Origin: an uncultured Lentisphaerota bacterium
Lineage (GTDB): Bacteria > Verrucomicrobiota > Kiritimatiellia > RFP12 > UBA1067
DNA: 64,000 nt
Assembly (NCBI GenBank): GCA_900321255.1
Contig: ONVK01000009.1
Location: 320 to 64,319 of the forward strand
Reading direction: 5' to 3'
Under the pieces are notes generated by a model. It searched no databases. It was not told the origin of the DNA and saw nothing but the letters and a program-made list of their open reading frames with translations. A program made the position numbers and the translations under genes. The first letter of the stretch is position 1. The number at the start of each line of letters is the position of its first letter. Shown piece after piece: positions 44,728 through 53,185 of this stretch.

Positions 44728-45219
44728 TTACGCGCGGATCGCCGCGATCTCCTCGGCCGAACGCAGCTTCGAGAGAGCGTTCATGGTGGCCTTGACCACG
44801 TTGAGCCGGTTCTTCGAGCCGAGGGACTTGCCGACCGCGTCGCGGATGCCGGCCGCCTCGAGGACGGGGCGCATGCCGCCGCCGACGATAAGGCCCGTGC
44901 CGTCCGGAGCGGGCTTCAGGATCACGCGGCCGCCATCGCAGACGCCTTCGACGTCGTGCGGGATGGTCTTGCCCTTCATGGTGATCTTGTGCATGTCCTT
45001 GCGGGCGGCCTCGCCGCCCTTGCGGATCGCGTCGGCGACCTCGTTGGCCTTGCCGAACCCGACGCCGACCTTGCCCTCCTTGTCGCCGACTACGATGACG
45101 GCGGAGAAGCTCATGCGGCGACCGCCCTTGACGGTCTTGGCGCAGCGGTTGATGAACACTGTGTGCTCGTCGAGCTCGTCGCCCTGTTCCTGCGGACGCT
45201 TGTCACGATTCATAGCCAT
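44728..45219 (-). CDS. rpsE: 30S ribosomal protein S5
   Basis: INRCAKTVKGGRRMSFSAVIVVGD...GTGLIVGGGMRPVLEAAGI. Confidence 0.95.
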   Translation of the reverse strand: MAMNRDKRPQEQGDELDEHTVFINRCAKTVKGGRRMSFSAVIVVGDKEGKVGVGFGKANEVADAIRKGGEAARKDMHKITMKGKTIPHDVEGVCDGGRVILKPAPDGTGLIVGGGMRPVLEAAGIRDAVGKSLGSKNRLNVVKATMNALSKLRSAEEIAAIRA

Positions 45220-45221
45220 GG

Positions 45222-45581
45222 TTACTTGTCCTCCTTCTTCGCGCTGACGGAGAGACCGGCCTCAACGGCCGACTCGACGATAGCCGCGACGCGGCCCGTG
45301 TACTTGAAGCCGCCGCGGTCGACGACCACGGTCGAGATGCCGGCGGCCTTCGCGGCCTCCGCGGCCTTCGCGCCGAGCGCCTTCGCGACTTCGGTGTTGG
45401 CCTTCTCGTCCTTGAGCGTGTTCGCCTGGGCGAGGGTCTTGCCCGCGTCGTCGTCGATGAACTGGACGTACATGTGCTTGTTCGTCACGCAGATCGACAT
45501 GCGCGGACGCTCCGCGGTGCCGACTACGCGCTGACGGAGGCGCAGGTGGCGCTTCTGACGCTGAACTTTGCGATTGAACAT
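45222..45581 (-). CDS. rplR: 50S ribosomal protein L18
   Basis: RPRMSICVTNKHMYVQFIDD...VVDRGGFKYTGRVAAIVESA. Confidence 0.95.
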   Translation of the reverse strand: MFNRKVQRQKRHLRLRQRVVGTAERPRMSICVTNKHMYVQFIDDDAGKTLAQANTLKDEKANTEVAKALGAKAAEAAKAAGISTVVVDRGGFKYTGRVAAIVESAVEAGLSVSAKKEDK

Positions 45582-45604
45582 ATCTTAGCTCCTTGCGCCC
45601 TTGA

Positions 45605-46141
45605 TTAGGCGACCTTCTTGCCCTGTTTGCGGCGGATGTGCTCGCCGACGTACTTGATGCCCTTGCCCTTGTAGGGCTCGGCCGGATAGTACGAGCGGAT
45701 GCGGGCTGCCGCCTCGCCGACCAGCTGCTTGTCGATGCCCTTGACCGTCACCTGCAGACCGTCGTTTTCGACCGTCACGGTGAGGCCTTCGGGAATCGCG
45801 TACACCTTCGGGGACGCGAAGCCGAGCGAAAGCGCGAGCTCCTTGCCCTTGAGGACTGCCTTGAAGCCGGTGCCCTCGATAGAGAGCTGCTTCTGGTAGC
45901 CTGTCGACACGCCGATCGCCATTGAGTTGATCAGCGCGCGTGCGAGACCGTGGAAGTTGCCGTGAAGCTTGTCGTCGTCACATTCGACGACGACCTTGCC
46001 GGCCTCCACCTTCGCCGTGATGCCCTCATGCATCGTGTAGGAGAGCTCTCCGAGCTTTCCCTTCACCGTCACCTTCTGCCCGTCGACCGTGGCCGTTACG
46101 CCTTCGGCGAGCTTGACGGGTTCCTTACCGATTCGAGACAT
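45605..46141 (-). CDS. rplF: 50S ribosomal protein L6
   Basis: MSRIGKEPVKLAEGVTATVDGQKVTVKG...YYPAEPYKGKGIKY. The start is trimmed from the track value 46165. Confidence 0.95.
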   Translation of the reverse strand: MSRIGKEPVKLAEGVTATVDGQKVTVKGKLGELSYTMHEGITAKVEAGKVVVECDDDKLHGNFHGLARALINSMAIGVSTGYQKQLSIEGTGFKAVLKGKELALSLGFASPKVYAIPEGLTVTVENDGLQVTVKGIDKQLVGEAAARIRSYYPAEPYKGKGIKYVGEHIRRKQGKKVA

Positions 46142-46157
46142 TGTCTTTGGCTCCTGA

Positions 46158-46550
46158 TTATGCAACTGTGCAGATTACCTCGCCGCCGAGCTTCTCCTTC
46201 TTGGCCTGGGAGCCGCTCATGACGCCCCTGGAGGTCGAGAGGATTACGAGACCCATGCCGTCGAGGACGGAGGGTATCTTGCTGACGGGAGCATAGTGGC
46301 GAAGACCCGGCTTCGAGACGCGCTTGAGCTCCGTGATGGCGGGGACCGCCTTGTCGGAGTACTTGAGCGTGATGACGAGCTTCTTCGGGAATTCGGTCGT
46401 CGTGACGGCGTCGGCGATGTAGCCGGCTTCCTTCATGACGCGGGCGATCTCGCCCTTGAGTCCGCTCGCGGGAGTCGAAACGGAGTGAAGGCGGGCCTTC
46501 TGTCCGTTGCGGATCGTCGTGAGCATGTCGGAAATGGGATCCATTGTCAT
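46158..46550 (-). CDS. rpsH: 30S ribosomal protein S8
   Basis: DPISDMLTTIRNGQKA...LVILSTSRGVMS. Confidence 0.95.
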   Translation of the reverse strand: MTMDPISDMLTTIRNGQKARLHSVSTPASGLKGEIARVMKEAGYIADAVTTTEFPKKLVITLKYSDKAVPAITELKRVSKPGLRHYAPVSKIPSVLDGMGLVILSTSRGVMSGSQAKKEKLGGEVICTVA

Positions 46551-46572
46551 TTTGGCGGTTCCTTTCCTTTGG

Positions 46573-46758
46573 TTACCACGAGGCCTTCGTCACGCCGGGG
46601 ATGAGACCGGCGACGGCGAGTTCGCGGAAGCAGAGACGGCAGACGCCGAACTTGCGGATATACGCGTGACGGCGGCCGCAGCGCTGGCAGCGGTTGTACG
46701 CGCGCACCTTGAACTTGGGCGTCCTCTTCTGCTTTTCGATGAGACACTGCTTTGCCAT
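46573..46758 (-). CDS. rpsZ: 30S ribosomal protein S14, zinc-binding type Z
   Basis: 61 aa with [23 protein letters not shown]. Confidence 0.95.
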   Translation of the reverse strand: MAKQCLIEKQKRTPKFKVRAYNRCQRCGRRHAYIRKFGVCRLCFRELAVAGLIPGVTKASW

Positions 46759-46761
46759 TGC

Positions 46762-47295
46762 TTAGTTCCTTCCTGCGAACGGCATTCCCATGGAGACGAG
46801 AAGCTCCTTGGACGCCTTGTTGTCGGTGGAGCTCGTCACGAACGTGATGTCCATGCCGGAGTGCGCCGAAGACTCGACGAGCTCGGGGAATATCGTGTGC
46901 TCCTTGATGCCCAGCGTGTAGTTGCCGCGCCCGTCGAAGCCCTTGTTGGGGACTCCGCGGAAGTCGCGGATCCTCGGAAGGGCCGCCGAGATGAGGCGGT
47001 CTGCGAACTCCCACATGCGCTCGCCGCGCAGGGTGACCTTCGCGCCGATGACCATGCCCTCGCGCAGCTTGAAGTTCGAGATCGACTTCTTCGCCTTGCA
47101 GAGGAGGGGTTTCTGGCCGGTGATGGCCGCGAGATCGTCGACGAGGGCCTTCTGCTCGTCCTTGGAGACGATGCCGAAGCCCATGTTCACGACGATCTTC
47201 TGGAGGCGGGGAACGAGCATCCTGTTCGTGGTGCCGAGCTTCTTCTCGAGCTCGGGAACCATGCGGCTCGCGTATTCGTCCTTTAGTCTTGCCAT
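46762..47295 (-). CDS. rplE: 50S ribosomal protein L5
   Basis: PRLQKIVVNMGFG...NFKLREGMVIGAKVTLRGERMWEF. Confidence 0.95.
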   Translation of the reverse strand: MARLKDEYASRMVPELEKKLGTTNRMLVPRLQKIVVNMGFGIVSKDEQKALVDDLAAITGQKPLLCKAKKSISNFKLREGMVIGAKVTLRGERMWEFADRLISAALPRIRDFRGVPNKGFDGRGNYTLGIKEHTIFPELVESSAHSGMDITFVTSSTDNKASKELLVSMGMPFAGRN

Positions 47296-47312
47296 GGTGA
47301 TTCGTTCCTTCC

Positions 47313-47624
47313 TTAGAGGGCCTTGCCGCTCTTGACCGAGATGCGGGCCTTCTTGCCGTCCTTCTCGCCAGTCCTGACGCGGACGCCGGCCTTCTTCTCG
47401 GCGTCGTAGGGCATCAGCTTGCAGAGGCGGATGGGCAGTTCCTTGTCGATGAGCCCGCCGGCTGTCTTCTCCGTGCGGCGCATCGCCTTCTTGTGGACGT
47501 TGACTCCGCCGACGATGGCGGTGCCCTTCTTGGGGTCCACGCTGATCACCGTTCCCGTCTTCCCGGCGTCGTTGCCGCTGATGACGACTACGGTATCGTT
47601 CTTCTTTATGCGTGCGATAGCCAT
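47313..47624 (-). CDS. rplX: 50S ribosomal protein L24
   Basis: IKKNDTVVVISGNDAGKTGTVISV (KOW motif). Confidence 0.95.
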   Translation of the reverse strand: MAIARIKKNDTVVVISGNDAGKTGTVISVDPKKGTAIVGGVNVHKKAMRRTEKTAGGLIDKELPIRLCKLMPYDAEKKAGVRVRTGEKDGKKARISVKSGKAL

Positions 47625-47638
47625 TTAAGCGCTCCTTT

Positions 47639-48034
47639 TCAGACCACTTCCGGCGCGAGCGACAGGATCTTCATGTAGAGACCGTGCACTGCGTCGTTGT
47701 CCTTGTTGATTTCGCGAAGCTCCCTCGGCACGGGTCCGAACACGCGCGAGCCGATCGGGTTCTTCTTGGAAGAGTCGAGCAGCACGCAGGCGTTCTGGTC
47801 GAAGCGCACAGTGGAGCCGTCCGCGCGGCGGATCGGGTTGCCTGTGCGGATCACGACCGCCGTGGCGACCGAGCCCTTCTTGACTGCGCCCGTGGGGGAC
47901 GCCTCCTTGATGGCGACGCGGATGAAGTCGCCGAGGTGGGCGTACTCCTTGCGCTGCCCGAGGATGCGGAAGCACATCGCGCGCTTGGCGCCTGTGTTGT
48001 CCGCGACTACGAGATTGGAGAGTTCCTGAAGCAT
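47639..48034 (-). CDS. rplN: 50S ribosomal protein L14 (with a ~9-aa insertion before the C-terminal [10 protein letters not shown])
   Basis: [17 protein letters not shown]...[10 protein letters not shown]...GPVPRELR. Confidence 0.95.
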   Translation of the reverse strand: MLQELSNLVVADNTGAKRAMCFRILGQRKEYAHLGDFIRVAIKEASPTGAVKKGSVATAVVIRTGNPIRRADGSTVRFDQNACVLLDSSKKNPIGSRVFGPVPRELREINKDNDAVHGLYMKILSLAPEVV

Positions 48035-48044
48035 GACCTACTCC

Positions 48045-48296
48045 TTACTTCACGATGCGCCAGCGCTTGGTTGCGCTCAGGGGACGCGTTTCCATGATTG
48101 TGACGGTGTCGCCGACCTTTGCGTCGTCGGCCTCGTCATGCACATGGTAGTTCTTGCTGCGCGTGACGACCTTGCCGTACACGGGGTGGATTTCGCGGTA
48201 CGAAACCCGTACTTTGACGGTCTTCGCGCCAGACTTCGAGACGACGACGCCCTTGCGGACCTTGCGCGCGCCGCGGTTGTTGTTTTCCGTGCTCAT
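48045..48296 (-). CDS. rpsQ: 30S ribosomal protein S17
   Basis: GVVVSKSGAKTVKVRV...YHVHDEADDAKVGDTVTIMETRPLSATKRW. ATG 48296 overlaps the rplP stop (TAATG). The track start at 48569 is an out-of-context extension. Confidence 0.9.
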   Translation of the reverse strand: MSTENNNRGARKVRKGVVVSKSGAKTVKVRVSYREIHPVYGKVVTRSKNYHVHDEADDAKVGDTVTIMETRPLSATKRWRIVK

Positions 48297-48718
48297 TAGA
48301 TCTTGACTCCTGCGCGGGTGATGAATTTCGTGTGGATTCCGATCTTGGTCGCCGCGAGACGGAGGCACTCCTTCGCGACTTCCTCGCTCACGCCGCCGAC
48401 CTCGAAGAGGACCTTGCCGGGGAGGATGACGGCCGCCCAGAACTCCGGGTTGCCCTTTCCTCCGCCCATTCGGACTTCGATCGGCTTGCGCGTAACTGGC
48501 TTGTCGGGGAACACGCGGATCCAGAGCTTGCCCTTGCGCTTCATCTCGCGGTTGATCGCGACGCGGCACGCCTCGATCTGGGTCGCGGTGAGAAGCCCGC
48601 GGGTGAGCGCCTTCAGACCGAACTCGCCGTACGCGAGCTCTGTGCCCGACGTGGCGTATCCGGCGCGGCTGCCCTTCGAAACCTTGCGGTACTTGACTCT
48701 CTTAGGCATCAAAGGCAT
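48296..48718 (-). CDS. rplP: 50S ribosomal protein L16
   Basis: [19 protein letters not shown]...[24 protein letters not shown]. Confidence 0.95.
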   Translation of the reverse strand: MPLMPKRVKYRKVSKGSRAGYATSGTELAYGEFGLKALTRGLLTATQIEACRVAINREMKRKGKLWIRVFPDKPVTRKPIEVRMGGGKGNPEFWAAVILPGKVLFEVGGVSEEVAKECLRLAATKIGIHTKFITRAGVKI

Positions 48719-48721
48719 GGC

Positions 48722-49325
48722 TTACTTCCCTTCCTTGCGGTCCCCGCGCTCGCGACGCTCGCCGCGGCGCTCGCCGCGGGGCTGACGGGCCTGGAAACCC
48801 TCTTTCTTGCAGATCCACACCTTGATGCCGATCTTGCCGGCGGTGGTGTTGGCCTCGGCGAAGCCGTAGTCGATGTTGGCGCGGAGCGTGTGCAGCGGCA
48901 CCTTGCCCTCGCGGGACCACTCGACGCGCGCGATTTCCGCGCCGTTGATTCGGCCGCCTGCGTGGACCTTGATGCCGTCGACGCCCATGTCCATCGCGAC
49001 CTTCATCGCGCGCTTCATTCTCGATGTAGACTTCCTTCTTGGTCATCTTCTCGAGCTCGGCGCGGATCGCCTCGACGTCACCGCCCTTGTGGCCGATGAT
49101 CACGCCGGGACGCGCGCTGAACAGCGTCACGCGGACGCGGTTGGCGTAGCGCTCGACGAGGATCTTGGAGATCCCCGCCTCGGCGAGGCGCTTCTTGCAG
49201 ACTTCGCGGATCTTCTGATCCTCGACGAGGAACGCGCCGAACGTCTTCTTGGGCGCGAACCAGCGGCTGCCCCAGGCGTGCGTGACGCCTACGCGGAAGC
49301 CTACGGGGTTGACTTTCTGTCCCAT
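48722..49325 (-). pseudogene. rpsC: 30S ribosomal protein S3, disrupted by a frame change plus a missing ~30-codon conserved segment near 49016-49022
   Basis: The N-terminal 102 aa (MGQKVNPVGFRVGV...[27 protein letters not shown]) are in one frame. The C-terminal 98 aa ([34 protein letters not shown]...[13 protein letters not shown]) are in the +1 frame. The linker normally between them (NxxEVxxPELDAxLVAxxIAxQLERRxxFRR) is absent. Confidence 0.75.
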
Positions 49326-49326
49326 G

Positions 49327-49824
49327 TTACTTCGCTCCCTTCTTGGCCTTCTTCGCCGCGGCGAGGATGACCTTGCAGTGGCACATGCGGCGGGCGATCG
49401 GATGGGCGGAGCCACGCGCGGTCGGCCAGTAGCGGCGCATGCGCACGGACTCGTCCAGGACGCAGAGCTTGACCGTGAGGTCTGCGGCGTCCGCCACGGA
49501 ATCGTTGTTCTTCGCGTTCGCGAGGGCGCTCAGGATCGTCTTCTTGATGATCTGCGCCGCCTTCTTGGGCGAGAACTCCACGAGCTTGAGCGCTTCGGAG
49601 GCCTTGAGGCCCTGGCAGGCGCCCGCGAGGGGACGGCCCTTGAACGCGGACATCCTGGCGTTGCGGATCGTGGCGACGTAGACCTGCTCAAGCCCCAGCA
49701 CCTTGACGCCGGACCCCTTCGGGAACTTGGCGTCGAGCTTGGCCCTTGCCTCGGTCTCGTCGGACGCTGTGACGCACCCTTCGGCGGTCGCGCCCTTCTT
49801 GTTGATCGTGTAAAGGAATGTCAT
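49327..49824 (-). CDS. rplV: 50S ribosomal protein L22 with a ~47-aa N-terminal extension
   Basis: Core ARMSAFKGRPLAG...EALKLVEFSPKKAAQIIKKTILSALANAKNN...VLDES. The extension is MTFLYTINKKGATAEGCVTASDETEARAKLDAKFPKGSGVKVLGLEQ. A GGGAGAG SD lies 8 nt before ATG 49824, which is 13 nt after the rpsS stop. Confidence 0.85.
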   Translation of the reverse strand: MTFLYTINKKGATAEGCVTASDETEARAKLDAKFPKGSGVKVLGLEQVYVATIRNARMSAFKGRPLAGACQGLKASEALKLVEFSPKKAAQIIKKTILSALANAKNNDSVADAADLTVKLCVLDESVRMRRYWPTARGSAHPIARRMCHCKVILAAAKKAKKGAK

Positions 49825-49837
49825 GATTCACTCTCCC

Positions 49838-50119
49838 TTACTTGGATTCGGCCTTCGCGGCGGAGTTGCCGTGCGACTTGAACGTGCGCGTCGGGGCGAA
49901 CTCGCCGAGCCTGTGGCCGACCATGTTTTCAGTTATGAACACCGGCATGTGCTGGCGGCCATTGTGGATGGCGAACGTGAGGCCGACGAACTCCGGGAGC
50001 ACCATCGAACGGCGGCTCCAGGTCTTGATCGGCTGCTTCTTGCCGCTCGCCTGCATCTTCTCGACCTTGCGGAGGAGGCTTTCCTCCACATAGGGTCCCT
50101 TCTTAAGAGAACGCGACAT
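49838..50119 (-). CDS. rpsS: 30S ribosomal protein S19
   Basis: [18 protein letters not shown]...[27 protein letters not shown]. Confidence 0.95.
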   Translation of the reverse strand: MSRSLKKGPYVEESLLRKVEKMQASGKKQPIKTWSRRSMVLPEFVGLTFAIHNGRQHMPVFITENMVGHRLGEFAPTRTFKSHGNSAAKAESK

Positions 50120-50122
50120 GGA

Positions 50123-50947
50123 TTACTTCCTCCTCTTGACGATGATCTTGTTGGACGCCTTGCGCTTGGCGCGGGTCTTGCCGCCCTTGGCGAGCTTGCC
50201 CCACGGCGAGCGCGGGTTGGAACCGCCGGACGTGCGGCCTTCGCCGCCGCCCATCGGGTGGTCGACAGGGTTCATGGCGACGCCGCGCACCGTCGGACGG
50301 ATGCCGAGGTAGCGCTTGCGGCCGGCCTTGCCGAGCTTGATCGAGCCCCAGTCCTTGTTGCCGACCGAGCCGACAGTGGCGAGGCAGCGGCCGTTGAAGA
50401 TGCGCACTTCGCCGGAGGGGAGCTTGAGGGTGACCCTGCTGCCGTCGCGGGCCATGACCTGGCAAGAGTTGCCGGCGCTCCTGGCGACCGACGCGCCCCT
50501 GCCGGGCACGAGCTCGACCGCGTGCACGAAGAGCCCGAGCGGGATCTGCGAGAGCGGCAGGCAGTTGCCGACGGTGGCCTCGGCCTTGGGGCCGTTCATG
50601 ACCTTCATGCCGGGCTTAAGGCCTTCTGGCGCGAGGATGTAGCTCTTGACGCCGTCGGTGTACTCGATGAGCGCGAGGTAGGCGCTGCGCGTGGGATCGT
50701 AGGCGATGTCCTTGACCGTCGCCTCGACGTCGAACTTGTTGCGCTTGAAGTCGACGATGCGCATGCGCTGCTTGGCGCCGCCACCGTGGTGGCGCGTCGT
50801 GATGCGGCCCTGGTTGTTGCGCCCGGCCGTCTTGCGGACTGCCTTGGTGAGACGCTTTACGGGCCTCTTCTCGGTGATCTCCTCGAACGTGGCGGACTCG
50901 CGGAAGCGCATGCCGCACGAACGGGCTTTGTATTTCTTGAGTGCCAT
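50123..50947 (-). CDS. rplB: 50S ribosomal protein L2
   Basis: GRNNQGRITTRHHGGG...NPVDHPMGGGEGRTSGG. Confidence 0.95.
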   Translation of the reverse strand: MALKKYKARSCGMRFRESATFEEITEKRPVKRLTKAVRKTAGRNNQGRITTRHHGGGAKQRMRIVDFKRNKFDVEATVKDIAYDPTRSAYLALIEYTDGVKSYILAPEGLKPGMKVMNGPKAEATVGNCLPLSQIPLGLFVHAVELVPGRGASVARSAGNSCQVMARDGSRVTLKLPSGEVRIFNGRCLATVGSVGNKDWGSIKLGKAGRKRYLGIRPTVRGVAMNPVDHPMGGGEGRTSGGSNPRSPWGKLAKGGKTRAKRKASNKIIVKRRK

Positions 50948-50957
50948 ATCAGTCTCC

Positions 50958-51260
50958 TTACGCGAGCTCGATGCGCTCGCCGGCCTTTACGGTCACGATC
51001 GCCTTCTTCCATGTCGGCTCGGTAACCGCGCGGCGGGTGCCGCGGATGTACCTGAGGCCGCCCTTCATGTTGGCGGTCTTGACCGCGAGAACGTGGACGC
51101 CGAAGGCCTTCTCGGCCATGGCGGCGATCATTGGCTTGCGCGCGTCGGGAGCGACCTCGAGGAGGTAGCGGTTCTCGGCGGAAAGGCGCGAGCCCTTCTC
51201 GGTGATGAGGACGTTGAGGATCACGCCCTCGGTCTTTTCCTTGAGTTCCTTGATCGTCAT
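50958..51260 (-). CDS. rplW: 50S ribosomal protein L23
   Basis: 100 aa from ATG 51260, with ITEKGSRLSAENRYLLEVAPDARKPMIAAMAEKAFGVHVLAVKT. The track start at 51422 is a Ser/Thr/Arg-rich extension. Confidence 0.9.
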   Translation of the reverse strand: MTIKELKEKTEGVILNVLITEKGSRLSAENRYLLEVAPDARKPMIAAMAEKAFGVHVLAVKTANMKGGLRYIRGTRRAVTEPTWKKAIVTVKAGERIELA

Positions 51261-51270
51261 GACGTTCTCC

Positions 51271-51864
51271 TTACTTGGCGATCCTCGCCATGAGCGCGTC
51301 GAAACCGGCCTTGTCGCAGACGAGCTTGCGGTTCGCGAGAACCGTGTAGACGTCGAGCGCCTGGGCGGTCGAATAGTCGACGGTGGGGATGTTGCTCGCC
51401 GCGAGGACGACGGTGTCGTCAACGTCCTTCTGGACGATGCAGGCGGTGCGGGTTACGTCGAGCTCCTTGAGGAGCTTGACCATGAGCTTCGTCTTGGGCG
51501 CCTCGAACTTGAACTCGTCGAGGACGATGACGTCGCCCGCCGCGAGCTTGTCGGAGAAGGCGCGCGCGAACGCGAGCTTCATGACCTTCTTGTTGATCTT
51601 CTGCTCGTAGGAGCGCGGATGGGGACCGTGCGCCACGCCGCCGCCGCGCCACACAGGCGACTGGCGGAAACCGGCGCGGGCGTTGCCCGTGCCCTTCTGC
51701 TTCCACGGCTTCTTGTTGGAGCCGGCGACCTCGCCCTTGGACTTGGTGGAGGCCGTGCCCGCGCGCATCGCGTTGCGGATCGCGGTGACCGCGTCCTTGA
51801 CAGCCTGCTCGCCCTTGTCGAGCGTCAGCTGGGCCTGGTCGAAAGCGACTTCGATCTTCTTCAT
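51271..51864 (-). CDS. rplD: 50S ribosomal protein L4
   Basis: KPWKQKGTGNARAGFRQSPVWRGGGVAHGP. Confidence 0.95.
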   Translation of the reverse strand: MKKIEVAFDQAQLTLDKGEQAVKDAVTAIRNAMRAGTASTKSKGEVAGSNKKPWKQKGTGNARAGFRQSPVWRGGGVAHGPHPRSYEQKINKKVMKLAFARAFSDKLAAGDVIVLDEFKFEAPKTKLMVKLLKELDVTRTACIVQKDVDDTVVLAASNIPTVDYSTAQALDVYTVLANRKLVCDKAGFDALMARIAK

Positions 51865-51865
51865 G

Positions 51866-52519
51866 TTACTTCGCCCCCTTCTTCACGTTGTTCTTGAGGG
51901 ACTTGCGGACGATCACGATGCCGTTGCGGGCGCCGGGGATCGAACCCTTGACGAGGAGCGCGTTGTCCTCGGGACGGACCGCCACGACCTCGAGGTTCGT
52001 CGAGGTGCGCGTGACCGCGCCCATGTGGCCGGGCATCTTCTTGCCCTTCTCGATCCAGCCGGGGAGGTCGCGAGCCGCGAGGCCGCCCGTGCGGCGCTTG
52101 GAGTGGCCGCCGTGGGTCATGTTGCCGCCGGCGAAGCCGTAGCGCTTGATGACGCCCTGGAAGCCCTTGCCCTTGGTGACGCCCGTGACGTCGACGTACT
52201 TGACGCCCTCGAAATTGCCGACGGTGATGACGTCGCCGACCTTGACCTCTTCGCCCGCGTCGGGAGCGAACTCCTTGAGGACCTTGAGGCCGCCTTCCTG
52301 GCCGCCGGTCTTCTTGAGGTGACCCGCGACCGCCTTGGAGAGGCGCTTGACCTTCTGCTCGCCGAAGCCGAGCTGAGCGGCGACATAGCCGTCCTTCTCG
52401 GCCGTCTTGAGCTGGACGACGGGGCAGGGCCCGACCTCAATGACGGTAACGCAGGTCCTGACGCCGTCGGCGTCGTAAACCTGCGTCATTCCAACCTTCT
52501 TGCCTATCAAACCTTCCAT
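51866..52519 (-). CDS. rplC: 50S ribosomal protein L3
   Basis: LIGKKVGMTQVYDADG...TKGKGFQGVIKRYGFAGG. Confidence 0.95.
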   Translation of the reverse strand: MEGLIGKKVGMTQVYDADGVRTCVTVIEVGPCPVVQLKTAEKDGYVAAQLGFGEQKVKRLSKAVAGHLKKTGGQEGGLKVLKEFAPDAGEEVKVGDVITVGNFEGVKYVDVTGVTKGKGFQGVIKRYGFAGGNMTHGGHSKRRTGGLAARDLPGWIEKGKKMPGHMGAVTRTSTNLEVVAVRPEDNALLVKGSIPGARNGIVIVRKSLKNNVKKGAK

Positions 52520-52531
52520 GTCGACCTCCTA

Positions 52532-52840
52532 TCAGACCTTGATGGTGATGTCGACGCCAGCGGGAAGATTGAGCTTCTTGAGCTCGTCGATCGTCTGGGC
52601 GGTCGGGTTGACGATGTCGAGAAGACGCTTGTGCGTCCTCATCTCGAACTGATCCATCGACTTCTTGTCGACGTTCGGCGAGCGGTTCACCGTGAAGCGC
52701 TCGACGCGCGTGGGGAGCGGAATAGGCCCCACGACCTGCGCACCCGTGCCGCGGGCCGTGTCGATGATGCCACCGACGGCCTGGTCAAGCACACGGTGAT
52801 CGTATGCCTGGAGGCGGATGCGGACTCTCTGCTGCTGCAT
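52532..52840 (-). CDS. rpsJ: 30S ribosomal protein S10
   Basis: [16 protein letters not shown]...[24 protein letters not shown]. Confidence 0.95.
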   Translation of the reverse strand: MQQQRVRIRLQAYDHRVLDQAVGGIIDTARGTGAQVVGPIPLPTRVERFTVNRSPNVDKKSMDQFEMRTHKRLLDIVNPTAQTIDELKKLNLPAGVDITIKV

Positions 52841-53030
52841 TGTCTTTTCCTTTTTTTCTTTCAGTTTCGACTCGGGCTCGAACCTTTCTTCTCGCCTTCG
52901 TCCCTTCGTTCCTGTGCCTCGACGGTCGCGACTTCCGCGCGCGCCTTACCGATCGCTCGGTCTCTCGGCGTCGACGCGTGAGGCCCGTTGGGCGCCTCGC
53001 TCGCGACTGGGTTCCGGCCCAGCAATCCCC

Positions 53031-53070
53031 GCAAAAACAAGGCTCGCGACCGCTTTTCGCGACCGCGAGC
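53031..53070 (-). terminator. Very strong hairpin plus U-tract inside the S10-operon leader (attenuator or terminator candidate)
   Basis: Minus strand reads GCTCGCGGTCGC-GAAAA-GCGGTCGCGAGC (12-bp stem including 2 G-U pairs) followed by CTTGTTTTTG. It lies about 190 nt upstream of the rpsJ ATG. Confidence 0.55.
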
Positions 53071-53144
53071 TTGAAACTCAACGGTCACGACGCGACGGGA
53101 TATACTCGCCCGTATCGCGACCCTTCTCTTGCGAGAATTGTGTA

Positions 53145-53174
53145 TAGTATATCAAAAACCCTTCGCTATGCGCA
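53145..53174 (-). promoter_or_regulatory. Candidate S10-operon promoter TTGCGC-N18-TATACT
   Basis: Minus strand reads CCCTTGCGCATAGCGAAGGGTTTTTGATATACT. The layout matches the rplO/ABC junction module. Confidence 0.4.
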
Positions 53175-53185
53175 AGGGGGTATTT

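Noticed and set aside
47639-47720. ~9-aa insertion ([12 protein letters not shown]) near the C-terminus of L14.
   Set aside because: Small, in-frame and in a variable region. It is probably lineage-specific variation and was not pursued.
48702-49415. 237-aa track ORF that could be read as an intact S3 gene.
   Set aside because: Only residues 31-132 are S3-like. The first 30 aa lie upstream of the rplV stop. The last ~135 aa are an Arg-rich out-of-frame read-through of the true S3 C-terminal half, which is in the 48722-49018 frame.
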